Positions 21,828 to 33,781 are shown, counted from the stretch's first letter. The stretch: 64,000 bases of DNA from an uncultured Chloroflexia bacterium (GCA_963810095.1 CAWEMM010000007.1:512001-576000); one strand, 5' to 3'. The notes: generated from the letters alone by a model not told the origin. Numbers and translations are program-made.

Positions 21828-23103
21828 TTACTCCGCCTCCAACTCCCCCGCGAGCGCGGCCAGGATCTCCCCACGCCCCACCAGCCCCACCAACCGGCCG
21901 GCTTCGTCCACCACCGGCAGCCGCTTCACCTTGTGCTGCAGCAGCAGTTGGAGCGCGTCCAGCAGCGGCGTGTCGGGTGTCACGGTAATCGGATGCGGCG
22001 TCATCACCTCGCCCGCGGTCCGCTTCTCCAGGTTCAGCTCGTCCTCGCCCGTGCGCCGCCGGGTCAGCGCGTGGAGCAGGCCCGTCCGCTCCGTCGCACC
22101 TGTGCGGCCGATCAGGTCGCCGTCCGTGATGATCCCCAACACCCGCCGCTCCCCATCTACCACCACGATCCGGCGTTCGGCGCTGCCCACCAGCAAGTCC
22201 ACGACCGTGCTGAGTGCGGCATCCACTCGAACCGCCGGCGCTTGGGCCACCATGACGTCTGCCACCCTCGCCGCGTTTCCGGGCCGAACGGTTGGTGCCG
22301 CGGGCTCGACCGCGGACGGTTGAGCGAGCCGCGCGCAGCACGTCGACCCGGCTGACCACGCCCACCAGCCGTCCACTTGCGTTGACGACCGGCAGCCGCT
22401 TGATGCCGCGCTTCGCCATCAGCCGGACGGCTTCGGCCACGGGCGCGTCCTCGGTGGTGGTCAGCACCGGGTGCACCATGACGTCCTCGACGGTCTGCCC
22501 GCTGGCCCGCAGCGCGTCCAGTTCCCGGCCCAGCTCCGCACGCGTCAGCGCCGACTGGACGCCGGCGTTCGGCAGCCCAAGCCGCGCCAGCAGGTCACCG
22601 TCCGTCAGGATGCCGACCACCCGGCCCTCTGCATCGACGACCGGCAGGGCTTTGTACGCCTTCCCGATCAACATTTCCACGGCTGCCGCGACCGGCGTCT
22701 CGGGCGCCACCGAGCGCACTTCACGGCTCATCAGATCGTGTATGGGGGCCGATGCCCGCAGCCGGCGCAGCTCCCGGTGGCCGTAGCTGACGACTTCGAC
22801 CGGGCGCACGGTGATGAGGCCCTCCGCTACCATCTCGACCAGCCGCGGCATGATCCGCTCGACCCGCGCCGGGTCGTCCACCCACTCGACCACGAGCGGC
22901 AGGTCGGACGAGAGGTCGACAATGCTGGCAGTGCGAATGCGGCTGTGGCTGCCGAAGCCTGCGACGCCGCGTGTGACCGTTGCGCCCGCGCAATCGGCCG
23001 CCTTCAACAGCTCGAGGATCGCCATATACAGCGGCTTGCCGGCCCACCGGTCGCTCTCCCCGATGTACACGGTGACCTGCGTGGCCGTCCCGACGATTTC
23101 CAT
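21828..23103 (-). CDS. DUF190 (PII-like) domain fused to four CBS domains; +1 frameshift near 22330
   Basis: VYIGESDRW...GATVTRGVAGFG...LSSDLPLVVEWVD, then four CBS repeats across ORFs 21799..23103 and 21828..22376. Confidence 0.88.
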
Positions 23104-23154
23104 CCGTCACCCCCTCTCGCTCGCAGCCCGTGCAAGCTTCAGCGCGCGTGCGAG

Positions 23155-23529
23155 CTACAGCGCGCGTGCGAGCGCCATGCCCCCAAATGCGGCGATCAGG
23201 CCGAGCCCGACGTTGCCGAGCAAGTACAGGGTGGCGGGCAACCAGCGGCCGGCCTGTGCCAGGGTCAGTGTCTCCACGGTGAATGACGAGAAGGTGGTGT
23301 ACCCGCCGAGCAGTCCCACGGCGATGAGGTAACGCCAATTGGGCGAGGGGGCGATCCGCTCCGTGACGAGCGCGATGAAGAAGCCGAGGGCGAAGCTCCC
23401 GCTAACGTTGATGATCAGCGTGCCATACGGGAAGCTGGCGCCCCAGCGGCTTGCGGTCCACAGTTGGAGCAGGTAACGCAGGTTCGCGCCTGCGAACCCA
23501 CCCGCACCGATCAGCAAAAACCTGAGCAT
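23155..23529 (-). CDS. crcB: Fluoride efflux channel Fluc/CrcB
   Basis: GGFAGANLRY, PYGTLIINVSGSF, GLLGGYTTFSSF. Confidence 0.97.
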   Translation of the reverse strand: MLRFLLIGAGGFAGANLRYLLQLWTASRWGASFPYGTLIINVSGSFALGFFIALVTERIAPSPNWRYLIAVGLLGGYTTFSSFTVETLTLAQAGRWLPATLYLLGNVGLGLIAAFGGMALARAL

Positions 23530-23702
23530 CGCCCCGTCCTCTTTCGGCCCGTGGGGCTCTAGCCGGGCCCCGAGCCGCCCATGCCGGCCGGCCTCTCCGA
23601 GCCCCTGACGTGGTTACGGCTGCACCCGCGCAGAAACCAGACGAGGGGCGTCCCGCGCCGTGTCCGGCTTCGGTGCGCCCCTCGCCCCCATCTTGGCCCG
23701 TG

Positions 23703-23939
23703 TTACTCGCGTGCCCAGCGGATGTCCATGTCGTCCCGGTCGCCCAGCGCCTTCCGCAGCAGCGCCACCAGCGCTGGGTCGAGCTTCTTCTCTTCGAACA
23801 TGTCGACAGTTGCCTGGTTGATGTAGTAGTCGGTGTCTTCCAGCGACTCCTCCTCGAGTTGGCTCATCAGCGTCTGCAGCTGGGTCTCGCTGATGCTGCC
23901 GTAGACCGCGCCGGTCGCTTCGTCGTAGATTTTGATCAT
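23703..23939 (-). CDS. Small acidic hypothetical protein (78 aa)
   Basis: MIKIYDEATG...LEEESLEDTDYYINQAT...DIRWARE; coding-like codon usage; purine-rich SD-like element upstream. Confidence 0.8.
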   Translation of the reverse strand: MIKIYDEATGAVYGSISETQLQTLMSQLEEESLEDTDYYINQATVDMFEEKKLDPALVALLRKALGDRDDMDIRWARE

Positions 23940-24121
23940 GGAGCCCCCTTGCGAGCGGTGATTGGTGGCATGCCGGCGGGCCGCAAACCCCCTGAGTCTG
24001 CCGGCCCGCAAAGTCCGGCATAGGTTTACCATAGCTTGGGCCACGACGCAAGCGCCCGCGCCGGGTTCCCCCGCCGCCACGGCGCACCGCCCGCAGGCGC
24101 AGCCCCGCAGGCGCACCGCCC

Positions 24122-27100
24122 CTACGGCTTCAGCACCTCCCAGGTCGCGCCCGCGTCCTTCGTCCGCACCAGCTCGGCGTGCTGCTCGCACACGAACGCC
24201 GGACCAGGGTCGTTCTTGTCACCCCGGCATGTTCCGGACCGGCGCACTGCCCACGCGGTGGGGAATGCTGCGAAGCTGTCTCCATCCCCCGCGCTGCCCG
24301 GCGCCGCGCGCATCGACTTCCCGCCCGGCCCTACCGCCTGGAGCGCCCCGCTCCCCGTATCGACCGCGAACCACACGCCATTCGCGGCCGCGGCCGTGGC
24401 GACCGGCGCGGCCGGCAGCTGCGGCAGTGCGGCCTCGCCCGCCGGCTGCCACGTCGCCCCGCCGTCGGACGTCGTGTAGAACTCCACCCGCGGCCGTCCG
24501 GCATCTGCGACCGTCACCGGAATGGCGCCCCGGCTCGCATCCTGGAAGCTGGGCAAGCCGTAGAGGTACACCCCCGCGCCCGGCGTCCCTCCCGGCAGCC
24601 CGGGCTGGGCCTGCCACGTCGAGCCGCCGTCGTGCGTCACATACAGCTCGTCTCCCGCGCTGCCGCCCGCCACCCAGCCCGTGGCCGGGCTGATGAAGCG
24701 AATTGGGCCGGCGACCGGGATGGCAAGGGGCGCCCAGTTCGCGCCGCCATCGTGCGTCGCGTAGAGCGCGGCCAGGCTGAAAGCGCTGCCCGACGTTAGC
24801 TGCACGCTCAGCCACCCGTTCGACCCGTCGATGAAGCTGAGCGACGCGCCGCCGAGCGCCGGGTCTGCCCACCCGTCCGGCGCCACGGCCACGGTGGACC
24901 ACGTCTGCCCGCCGTCGGCGGTGCGCGCCACCTCGAGCCCCGTCGCCGAGTCGTAAGCCAGCCACCCGTGCTGGGGATCGACGAACTGCGCGGCGCGTAC
25001 GCTGGCGCCCTCTGCAACTTGCGGCGTGATGTCCGCCCAGGTGTCGCCGCCGTCCGCCGACCAGAGCAGCCGGCCGTCGATGACGACCCAGCCCTGATCA
25101 GCCGTGACGAGGCTGGCGTCCAGAATGTCGGGCGTCGCAGGTCAGCGCGCCCGCTGCTGCCGCTGCCCCGGCAACGCGGCTGTGTGTGCCCGCCACGTCC
25201 CCATCCGCGATGTTGCTATCGATGTTCAGCCCGACGCTGCCCCACCACTCCGTGTGGGGCGGCGTGTACTGGAAAATCCGCTGGTGATTCGTCCAGAGCG
25301 TGTTGGGCACGCAACTGCCCGCGTTCCACACCGTGACGCTTGGATCATAGCGCGGCCAGTTCGCCGTCGCGGGCCACGCGTTGTCCGGCACGTTTGCGAT
25401 GGACGCCCAATCGGCGACATAGGAGGCGCATGACGCGCCGTAGCCTCCCGACCGCATGCCGAGCTCACGCAACCGGCCCGCCCAACCCGACATGAACGAA
25501 CTGACCGTATTCCGGCAGCCCGCGTCGCCGGGGAAGGGCGCCAGCGAGTAGTAGATCACGGTGCGGCCCGTGCCCAGCGCGGTGAGGCCCACGGCCCGCG
25601 CGGCGTTGACCGCCGCGTCCGCTTCTGACCGGCCCTGGGCGAACGCGGTGTTCGCGTCGCTGCTCATCCGCGCCAGGCCGCTCGTGTTGCACGGCGCCTG
25701 GGGCCCCACCCACGTCGGAATGAAGTTCCACCCCTGGTTGTGGACCGCCTGCACCCAGCCCGCCGTCAGGGTCTGTTGGTTCCAGTCGTTGCACGCCCGG
25801 CTGATCCCGCCGAGGTAGATGTTGGCCTCGTAGTACGGGCTGCTGTTCCACCACTCCTGCATCTCAGGGGCGAGCGGCAGCCGGCAGGTGTCGAAGGCCG
25901 GCTTGTTGCTCGTGACCACCCCGGAAGCCGTGCTCGCCTGTGTCCAGCTGAACTGGGCGACCGCCTCGCCGGTGTTCTCGTAGTATTCGATCCTGACGTC
26001 GTAATCGCCGGCGGCCAGCGTCCGCGACTGGCGGTATTCGGTGGCAGCCTGCACCCGCCACGCATCGATGAGCAGGCCGCCGTTGAGCCACACGCGCATG
26101 CCGTCGTCTGTGCGCGCGACGAAGGTGGTCGTGCCCGCGTCGAAGTGGAAGCGCCCGGTCCAGCGGGCCGAGAAGTTGTCGTTGCCGATTCCGTTGCCGG
26201 GGCCGTAGATACCCCAGTTATGGCTCAGAGGGGCAGCCTCGCACGTCACGTACGCCGGAGCGCCCGCCAGTTGCTGGTTGTTGAAGTACTCCGCCCGATA
26301 GGCCGGGCACGTGACCACGCTTTGGTCCCACCAGAGCGACACGTTCGCGTCGCCGAGGTTTTCGTAGTAGTCGAGCCTGAGGCTGTGGTTGCCTGCCGTC
26401 AAGTCGCGGTCGACAGTGTACTCGGTGCGCGCCTGGTCGCGCCACTGGTCGATCACAAGGACGCCGTCGAGCCACAAGCGCACCCCGTCGTCGCTTGCCA
26501 CGTGGAAGCGGTAGCGACCCTGTGGGAAGTAGAGGCTGCGGGTCCACCGCGCCGAGAAGTTGTTGTCGGGCACGCTGCCGCCCGGACCGCCCGCGCCCCA
26601 GTTGAAGTTCACGTTGACGTCATTGCGGCACAACACCGGCGCGCCTGCAAGGTCCCGGTTGTTCCAGTACTCGCCCTTCCAGTCGGTGATGGCCGGGCAC
26701 GCGCTGCCCGACAACTGGCTCCACGATAGCGCGACGTTCGCTTCGCCGGTATTTTCGAAGTATTCGACCTTGAGCGCATAGTTGCCGGCCGCAAGGGATA
26801 GGTCCTGCGTGTACTGGGTGCGGCTCTGGATGCGCCACTGGTCGATCACGAGCTGACCGTTGATCCACAGCCGCACGCCGTCGTCGCCGCTGAGGAAGAA
26901 GCGGTAGGTGCCGGCGTTGAAGGTCATCTCGCGGGTCCAGCGCGCCGAGAAGTAATCGTTGTTAACCCCGCCCCCGGGACCGCCCAGGCCCCAATCGAAA
27001 TTCACCGCCGCGTCGTCTCGGCACAGTACGGGCGCGCCCGCCAGGGTCGTATTGTTCCAGTACTCACCGCGCCAGTTCGTGATCGTGGGGCAGGCGGCCG

Positions 27101-27890
27101 CGTTGGCGGCGATGGCGACAGATGTGGTCCGGTCGTTACCCACCGCATCATCGCGCAGGTCCGGGTCGTCCGCCGTGAACTGGCTGCATGCGCCCCCGTA
27201 ACCCGCGTGCTCGCACAAGGTGACGCGGGTGCTTCCTCCGCTGAAGGAGCCGGCGAGCCGGATAGACGACGCGATGTCGTTGAAGCCGGTGGTTGTCAGG
27301 TTATCGACGTTCGTGGTGAAGCGCTGGCAAGCCCCGCCGTAGTTGGTGTGCTCGTACAGGTAGACGCCGTCGCCGATACACGCCGACGCGACGGGCGCGG
27401 GGTTGATGCAGATCGAAGACGCCCGGTCGTTGCCGATGGCATCGTTGCCGAAGTCCGGGTCATCGTACGCAAACTGGCTGGCGACCCCGGCGTAGTACGT
27501 GTGCTCGTAAAGCACTGCGGTGTAACGCCCCGCGTAGCTGCCGGTGAAGCGCAGCGACGAGGCTATGTCGTTGAAACCGATATCGTTGAAGTTGCCATAG
27601 CAGCCCGAGCCGACGAAGCGCACCCACCGGCCGCCATAGCCGGGATGCTCGTACAGGCATACCCCGTCGCCGGCCGAGCATTCGTCGGCAAGCGCGCCGA
27701 TCTGCCAGGCCCCCGCTTCGGACGTCTCCGCGACCGACAGGCCGCTCTGCGCCGGGGCTACCGTCTGAGCGTGGATGGCCGGCGCGGACCACACGCCGGC
27801 CAGGATGACGACTGCGAGCAAGAAGATCGACAGGAGGACGATTGCCGGCACGACTCGGGCGTCGGCGCCGGGGGCAGACTTACGTTCCAT
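24122..27890 (-). CDS. Secreted modular protein: 2 beta/gamma-crystallin-like, 3 PA14, DUF1906 (GH25-like) and BNR/YCF48-like propeller; +1 frameshift near 25140
   Basis: LYEHxxYGG / NDIASS repeats; three FSARWT...DDGxRxW repeats; FDTC...IYLGG; TxDGGxTW repeats in ORF 24122..24931. Confidence 0.85.
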
Positions 27891-28354
27891 AGTGGGTTCC
27901 TCCGCTGGCCGCTGCGACTGGCGTCGCAGGCGAAGAAAGCGCCGGACTGCGAGGCGGTCTAGACCCCGCGCCGGCCCCTGGGTGAGAATACGTGTCGCGG
28001 TGTGCCGGGTTGCATGTTGACGAAACGATCGCCGTTCGCTGCGCCGGGCCTGGGCGGCGGCGTTGGGGACAGCGGAGCGCCGGCCGCGTCAACTGCCGTC
28101 AGCATACACCCGCAGGATTGCCGTGTCTAGTAGTTTTGCCTGAGTGACGCCGTCAGTTCGTGGTTGGTTGCATCCAGCGGCGCGGAGGGTCAGTGGCGGC
28201 ACGCGACGCAAGCTCGTTTGCGACTGGTTTAGGCAGAAGTTCCCTGCAGACGGGCCGCTTACGCGTGCCGGCCGGCGGGTCAACCCGCCGGCCGGCACAG
28301 ATGCGTCCCGCTTCAGCCGGCGCCGCGTGGACGCGCGGCGCCGGCACACTGAGC

Positions 28355-31300
28355 CTACCGCCGAATGAGGGGTAGGAACACCGCCGGACCGACCGTGATC
28401 GTCTGTTCGCCGATAACCGTCGTGCCCATCTCGTTCGTAACCTCCACCCGCACGTGGTAGCGGCCGGGTTTGGCGTACGTGTGCCCTGCCTCGGGGTTGG
28501 GGTACGGATTGGTGAATCCGGTGCCGTCGCCGAAGTCCCAGCGATAGGACACGCCCTTGCCGCCGAACTCCGAGCTGATCGCGGCCTTGAACCGTGTCAG
28601 GCCACCCACCTGGTCTGTCGTCGCGGTGATAGTGACCGTGGGCTTGTCCCAGGCCCAACGCAGCGCAGTGCCCAGCAGATCTTCGCGCGTGCTAAAGCCG
28701 GTGTTGTCGTTTACGCCCTCCAGGCCGAAGCCGAAGACCATCGTCTTGCTCTTTGAGATCACGCCCGGCCGCTCCAGCGTCACGCGCTCATTCGTTGCCA
28801 GGGCCACGTAGCCGCTCCCCTTATCGTTGCCCCGGATGCCATACTGCAGCAGCGGCGTCGACTGCGCGCAGTAGTCCGCCGTGTCAGGATCGAAGCAGGC
28901 AGCCGCCAACTCGTCGATGTACGCCTGGTTGCCCGCGCCGTCGCCCCGGTCGCTGATGTCGAAGTTCATGTCCTGGTAGGGGCTCCGCGGCACGCCGGTC
29001 AGGAGCTGCGCGGTGGTGCTGAAGACGGTGTCCGCGTTGATACTGTCCTGCAGGCGTTTGGCGTTCAAGGTCGCGGAGAACAGGAAGGTCGGGTTGCTGG
29101 GCGCGCCCAGAACGCCCGATAGGTCCTGCCCGAAGGCCAGGATCGGCCCGCTTTCGTTCGCATACTCTGTGAGCGCGTCCTGGTCCAGCTGCGTCAGCGG
29201 CGTAGCCACGGTGAACGTGCCGTTCGGCTGGTAGTTGTCGCCCGTCTGCAAGATCACCGCGTCGTACTGCGCCAGGTAGTTGGCGTCGGGGATGGTCATC
29301 GGGTGGTTGAAGTTCGCGTCGGCATCCCAGACGTCATACGAGATGTTCAAGGCCTTGAGCGTCTCGGTGTAATAGTGCGTGTAATCCGTCAGGTCGAGCG
29401 TCTGGCTGGCGTCGTTGTCGATCAGCAGCACCTTGCCCACCTGCGCGTCCGGCGCGTAGCCGACCCGCACCCACACGGGGAAGTGCGCGTCGTGCGTCGG
29501 GCCGTCAAGCACCACAAAGCCCTGCTGGTCACCCGGGCCGCTGGTGGCCGTCGTATCCCACTTGACCACGACCTGCCCGGATGCACCGGGCGCCAGCGTC
29601 AACGTGGGCGGCGTAACCGTCACGCCTGCCAGCGTCGTGGTGCCCGTGAAGCCGCCCCGCGTGTCCAGCGTGCTCACCGCATAGGTCTCGCTGGCCGCGG
29701 CCACGCTGGTCACGGTCACCGTCATCGTGTCCGTCATGCCCATCGTCACCCGGCCAAAGCCGAGGCTGGGCGGGTCCAGGATGACGCCGGGGTCCATCGC
29801 GTGCGTCAAGTCAAGGCGGCCCGCGCCCATCTGCAAGGGCTGCGCCGGCTCGCCGTCCTCGGTATAGATGTCGAGGTACTTTGAGGTGCTCATCAGCGCG
29901 GACTTGATCCAGCGCGGGCGACCACGTCGGGAACTTCTGCTTCATCAGGATGCCCGCACCCGCCACATGGGGTGAGGCCATCGAGGTGCCCGATGCCTCG
30001 CCGTAACCCAGGTGCCGGGCTTCGCCCTCGACACCGGGCGCATAACCCTGGGCCAGGATGTTGACGCCTGGGGCCGTGATGTCGGGCTTGAGGCCGCTGC
30101 CCACCGAGGGCCCTCGGCTGGAGAAGTTGGCGATCACGTCTGGTTCGTTGCCCACCTGGAACGCGACCGTGCTGATCTGAAGCGTTGCGGTGCTGGGATT
30201 GGCGGCGTTCCAATCGAGCAGCGCCACGCCGGCCGTGTGGCCGATGAAGACGCCCGGGATGGTGACCTGCTCGCCTACTGCGCCCGGCCCCATTGCAATG
30301 AGCGAATCGCCGCCTGCCACGCTGTTGTACACGATGAACATCGTAGCGCCCGCCTTCTGCGCGTTCAGCGCCTTGACGCCGAATTCGCAGCTGCCGCGCA
30401 TGATCAGAGCGACCTTGCCGGCGAACGCGCCCGCGGGGAAGGCATTGCATCCCAATTCGTTCCCCGGGTCTACCACGCCTGCCGCGGCATACGGGTATGG
30501 GCCGATCACCTGCCCAAGCGGAATTGGGCCCCCGAAGGATGCCGCCTGGTATGGAATCTTCGTCAGGTTGCCGGGCACGGGCGCGGGTGCTGCAGCCTCG
30601 AGCACCCCGGCCGCATAGCTGCCACCGCTCTGGCTGGCCGCGACCACGATGTAGTCGGTCGAGGGATGGTCAGAGGTCGCCGCGCCGGGGCCCGCGTTGC
30701 CGGCAGACATGCTGACGAACACGTTCGCCGCGACTGCGTTCTGCAGGGCCGCGTCCAGTGCGTCGAACTGGCCGCCGAGCGAATACGGTCCACCGCCCCA
30801 GGAGTTGTTGATGACGTCCGCACCGTCGGCCACCGCATCTTCGAGCGCCTTGATGCCTTCCGCGTTATAGAAGGACTGGTTGCCCGTGATGCTGTTGTAA
30901 AACACCTTGTAGCTCATCACGTACGCCCTCGGCGCGACGCCCTCCAGCGTGACCGGCGGTGCGCCCAGGTAGCTCGCCGTGACCTTGTTGCCCGCCGCGG
31001 TCGAGCTGGTATGCGTGCCGTGCGAGATGCCGCTGGCGCCCGGCCAAGGTTGGGCGTCGTCGGGAGCCGGTGGGTCCCAGGTGCGGAAGTACGTGCGCGC
31101 GACGATGATCTTCCCGTTCGTGTTGCGCGTGTCGCCCTTGGGGAAGCCGGGCGGGTAGGTGTAGCCCGCGCCGCTGAACATCGGCGCGTCTTTGTGCACG
31201 CCCGAGTCGACGGACGCGAACTTCATGCCCTTGCCCGCGTTTGCCTCGCCGCCCAGTGCGGCCCAGGCCGCGGGAGCGTTGATAAGCGGGATGCTCTTGT

Positions 31301-31784
31301 AAAGGTCGGGCTGGTGCGCGTAGTCCTTCGACACGCGGCGCACATTGGGCAACTGGCGCAGCTGCCGCTCGAACGCCTCCACATTGGCGTTCGGTCCGGC
31401 GTCGACTGCCATGCCGTTTAGCAGGATCTGGTACGTCTCGGGGACTGCGGCGCCCCGTTCATTGAGGAATGTCGCAACTTGTGCGCTGGGGACGGCGGCT
31501 TGCAGGGCCGTCACGAACTGCGCTTGCTCCGCCTGCAGCCGCTGGATATAGGCTTGCGCAGAGGGCGAAGCGATGTCCAGCCTGCCGCCACCCGCGGCCG
31601 CCGCGGAAATGCCCTGCGCCTGCACGAGCGGCGGCGAGGTCAGCTCGACGATCAGCCGGTGGGAGTAGGCCGGCGTCTGCGCCGGCGGACCGTCGGTGAC
31701 AATGACTTGGGCAGATGCCGCGGCTGGCCAGGCCAGCGCAGCAACCAGGACCAACAGCAACCAGAGCGAACGACGTCGATTCAT
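28355..31784 (-). CDS. Secreted S8 subtilisin-like protease with PA and PKD domains and VFLPLIRR tail; +1 frameshift near 29912
   Basis: Catalytic triad motifs VDSG, HGTHTS and GTSMASPHVAG; RGSCEFGVKA (PA domain); YRWDFGDG (PKD); WSPA-WIKSALMST spans the frameshift. Confidence 0.92.
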
Positions 31785-32050
31785 CTCGGTACCATCCTCT
31801 CAATCCCGTATAGTGAACACTCGGGTACTTGCACGTGCGTAGACCCGCCTCCTTCCCGCGCACCGGCCCGCTCAGGGCGCAGGCCCAGGGTCGGAACTGC
31901 TAACATTGCCCGGCACGAGTCTCTTCGGGGGGTCTTGCTCATATGGAGTTACTGCATCAGTTGATCGTGGAGGAACACCTCCTTTCAATCGGAGCCACGG
32001 GAATCAGCGGCCATGCGATCAGTCGCCGCGGGACGCATCGGCGTTGGCTG

Positions 32051-32080
32051 ATTATAGGCCGTCCGCGTTTGTCATGTCAA
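32051..32080 (-). promoter_or_regulatory. Consensus sigma70-type promoter for the S8 protease
   Basis: Minus strand TTGACA-N18-TATAAT. Confidence 0.75.
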
Positions 32081-32220
32081 TATGTGAAAGTACCTGAACA
32101 AGATTTATATTGATGCTTCGAGATCATTGGCGGCATTCGGCGTGGTTGCACGTGGCGGAGTCCGTGCGCCCGGCGATGAAATGCGGGCGTTCACGTGCCA
32201 AACGGTACAATATTCTGCTA

Positions 32221-32249
32221 TTGACATTCGGGCACCTGCACGCGATAAT
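32221..32249 (+). promoter_or_regulatory. Sigma70-type promoter, divergent from the S8 promoter
   Basis: TTGACA-N17-GATAAT. Confidence 0.65.
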
Positions 32250-32288
32250 GTAAATAGACATTCGTTGTCGCTTCACAAGAAGGAATGC

Positions 32289-33269
32289 ATGGCGCCCACA
32301 ACCCGTCGACTTCGCAACTTCCGGCTCGCGCTCGCGTTCTTTGTCGCCGTGGCGGTGCTGCACGCGGCTCTGGCCGTCGACGCGCTTGCGCCCGGGGCCG
32401 CCCAGGTGCCTCCGCCTGCGGGGCGCGCCGGCTCCACGCCCCCGGCCCCGCGGCCGGTTCGCCCTGTGAGCGCGTTCGTGCAGGCAACGCCAGCAGCTCC
32501 GCTACGAGGCGGCCGGCCGGTGACCGAGCTCAAGCTGATCAAGGTGGTGCGCAATGAGGGCGGGGGGAGCGCTACTACTGCCGACTGGACGCTGGAGGCA
32601 ACCGGTGCGGTCGCAGACAACCCGACAAATGTCTCGGGCGTCTCGCCTGTCGACAGCATGGACCAGTGGCCCGAGTTCTTGCCCGACGTTTACACGCTCG
32701 CCGAGACATTCACGGGTAGCGACCCGGTAGTCGGCGGGAGTTACAGCGCCGGCGCCTGGAGCTGCGTCGACAACCAGACGGGTGAGCCGGTAGAAGTCAC
32801 GGCGTTGGGCGAGGTCTCGATCAATGCCGGCGACGACGTTACGTGTACGATCGTCAACACTTACACCCAGATCGCAACGCCGACCCCGTCGCCGACCTCC
32901 CCGGGACCCTGCCTGCCGTGTGTCATCCTCGGGCGGAAGCTATACGTCGCGCGCACAGGGCCCTATCAGGGCGAGCTTATCGGCCTGTCGGGTTGGCAGG
33001 TCACTGCCACGCTGGTGGGCGACGAAGCCGTGCAGGCGACGACGACCACCGATGGGCTCGGCCAGTACCGTTTTACTGCCGACGACCTCGCGGGCATGGC
33101 TTTTCCCGGCGCGACGATCCGGGTTTGCGAGGAGGATCGCCCCGGCTGGACGCACCTCACCCCATCCTGTGAGACCGTGAGTTTCCCGTATCCGCTGCCG
33201 CCGGGATACCCGGGCGCGGTAGCGCCCGATTTTATCAACGCTCAGCAGTCGCATCCTCCCGAGCACTGA
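32289..33269 (+). CDS. Secreted protein with pilin/SpaA prealbumin-like and SdrD B-like domains
   Basis: Signal peptide; LKLIKVVRN...YTLAE...GDDVTCTIVN; LSGWQVT...TTTDGLGQYRF...VCEEDRPGW. Confidence 0.7.
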   Translation: MAPTTRRLRNFRLALAFFVAVAVLHAALAVDALAPGAAQVPPPAGRAGSTPPAPRPVRPVSAFVQATPAAPLRGGRPVTELKLIKVVRNEGGGSATTADWTLEATGAVADNPTNVSGVSPVDSMDQWPEFLPDVYTLAETFTGSDPVVGGSYSAGAWSCVDNQTGEPVEVTALGEVSINAGDDVTCTIVNTYTQIATPTPSPTSPGPCLPCVILGRKLYVARTGPYQGELIGLSGWQVTATLVGDEAVQATTTTDGLGQYRFTADDLAGMAFPGATIRVCEEDRPGWTHLTPSCETVSFPYPLPPGYPGAVAPDFINAQQSHPPEH

Positions 33270-33320
33270 GCCCGCGCGGCATCCGGAGCGTCCGTCGCAG
33301 CCCCTGTGACGGAGCCCGCG

Positions 33321-33467
33321 TCAGGGGTGCGGCCGTCCCACCAGCCGCCTGATCTCTGCTGCCAGTCGCTCGAGCATCGCCGCGAGCCGCAGCATCTCGG
33401 CGGCCTGCTCGGGCGGGGGGATCTCCGTAGGCAACTTGCGCCGCGACTTCCGTTGTTTCGGCTCCAT
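33321..33467 (-). CDS. Putative small protein, 48 aa (MEPKQRKSRRKLPTEIPPPEQAAEMLRLAAMLERLAAEIRRLVGRPHP)
   Basis: SD GAGGA; upstream TTGACG-N17-TAGTAT at 33512-33540; amphipathic helix. Confidence 0.5.
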   Translation of the reverse strand: MEPKQRKSRRKLPTEIPPPEQAAEMLRLAAMLERLAAEIRRLVGRPHP

Positions 33468-33781
33468 GAGTCCTCAGCAGTGGGTGGATTAGAAAGGGTG
33501 TTCTAGTTCGAATACTACATCTGTTCTATGGATTCGTCAAGTCGCCGTCCAGTTCGATCTTTCACCGGTCCAGCCAAGTTGACCGCTTATTGCGTGTGGA
33601 AGGCGGAGGCAACTGAGATTCGACCGATTCGTATTCTCGCTCGCTTGACTAACTTCGTGCTAATGCTACTCTTGCACAAGACTTGCACCCTGCGCCTAGC
33701 GTCGCAACCTCGGGTGATTCGTGCCAGCGTTGACTTGTCCGGGCCGTGCCGTGCCCCGGGCGCACGCCAGGAGGCGATCAC

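Noticed and set aside
25940-27100. Repeated DNA blocks suggesting an array or CRISPR
   Set aside because: They are the three in-frame PA14 domain repeats of one CDS, with no repeat-spacer structure.
31970-31990. 16S rRNA 3' fragment (ggaacacctcctttc)
   Set aside because: No flanking rRNA sequence; better read as an SD-like element on the minus strand.
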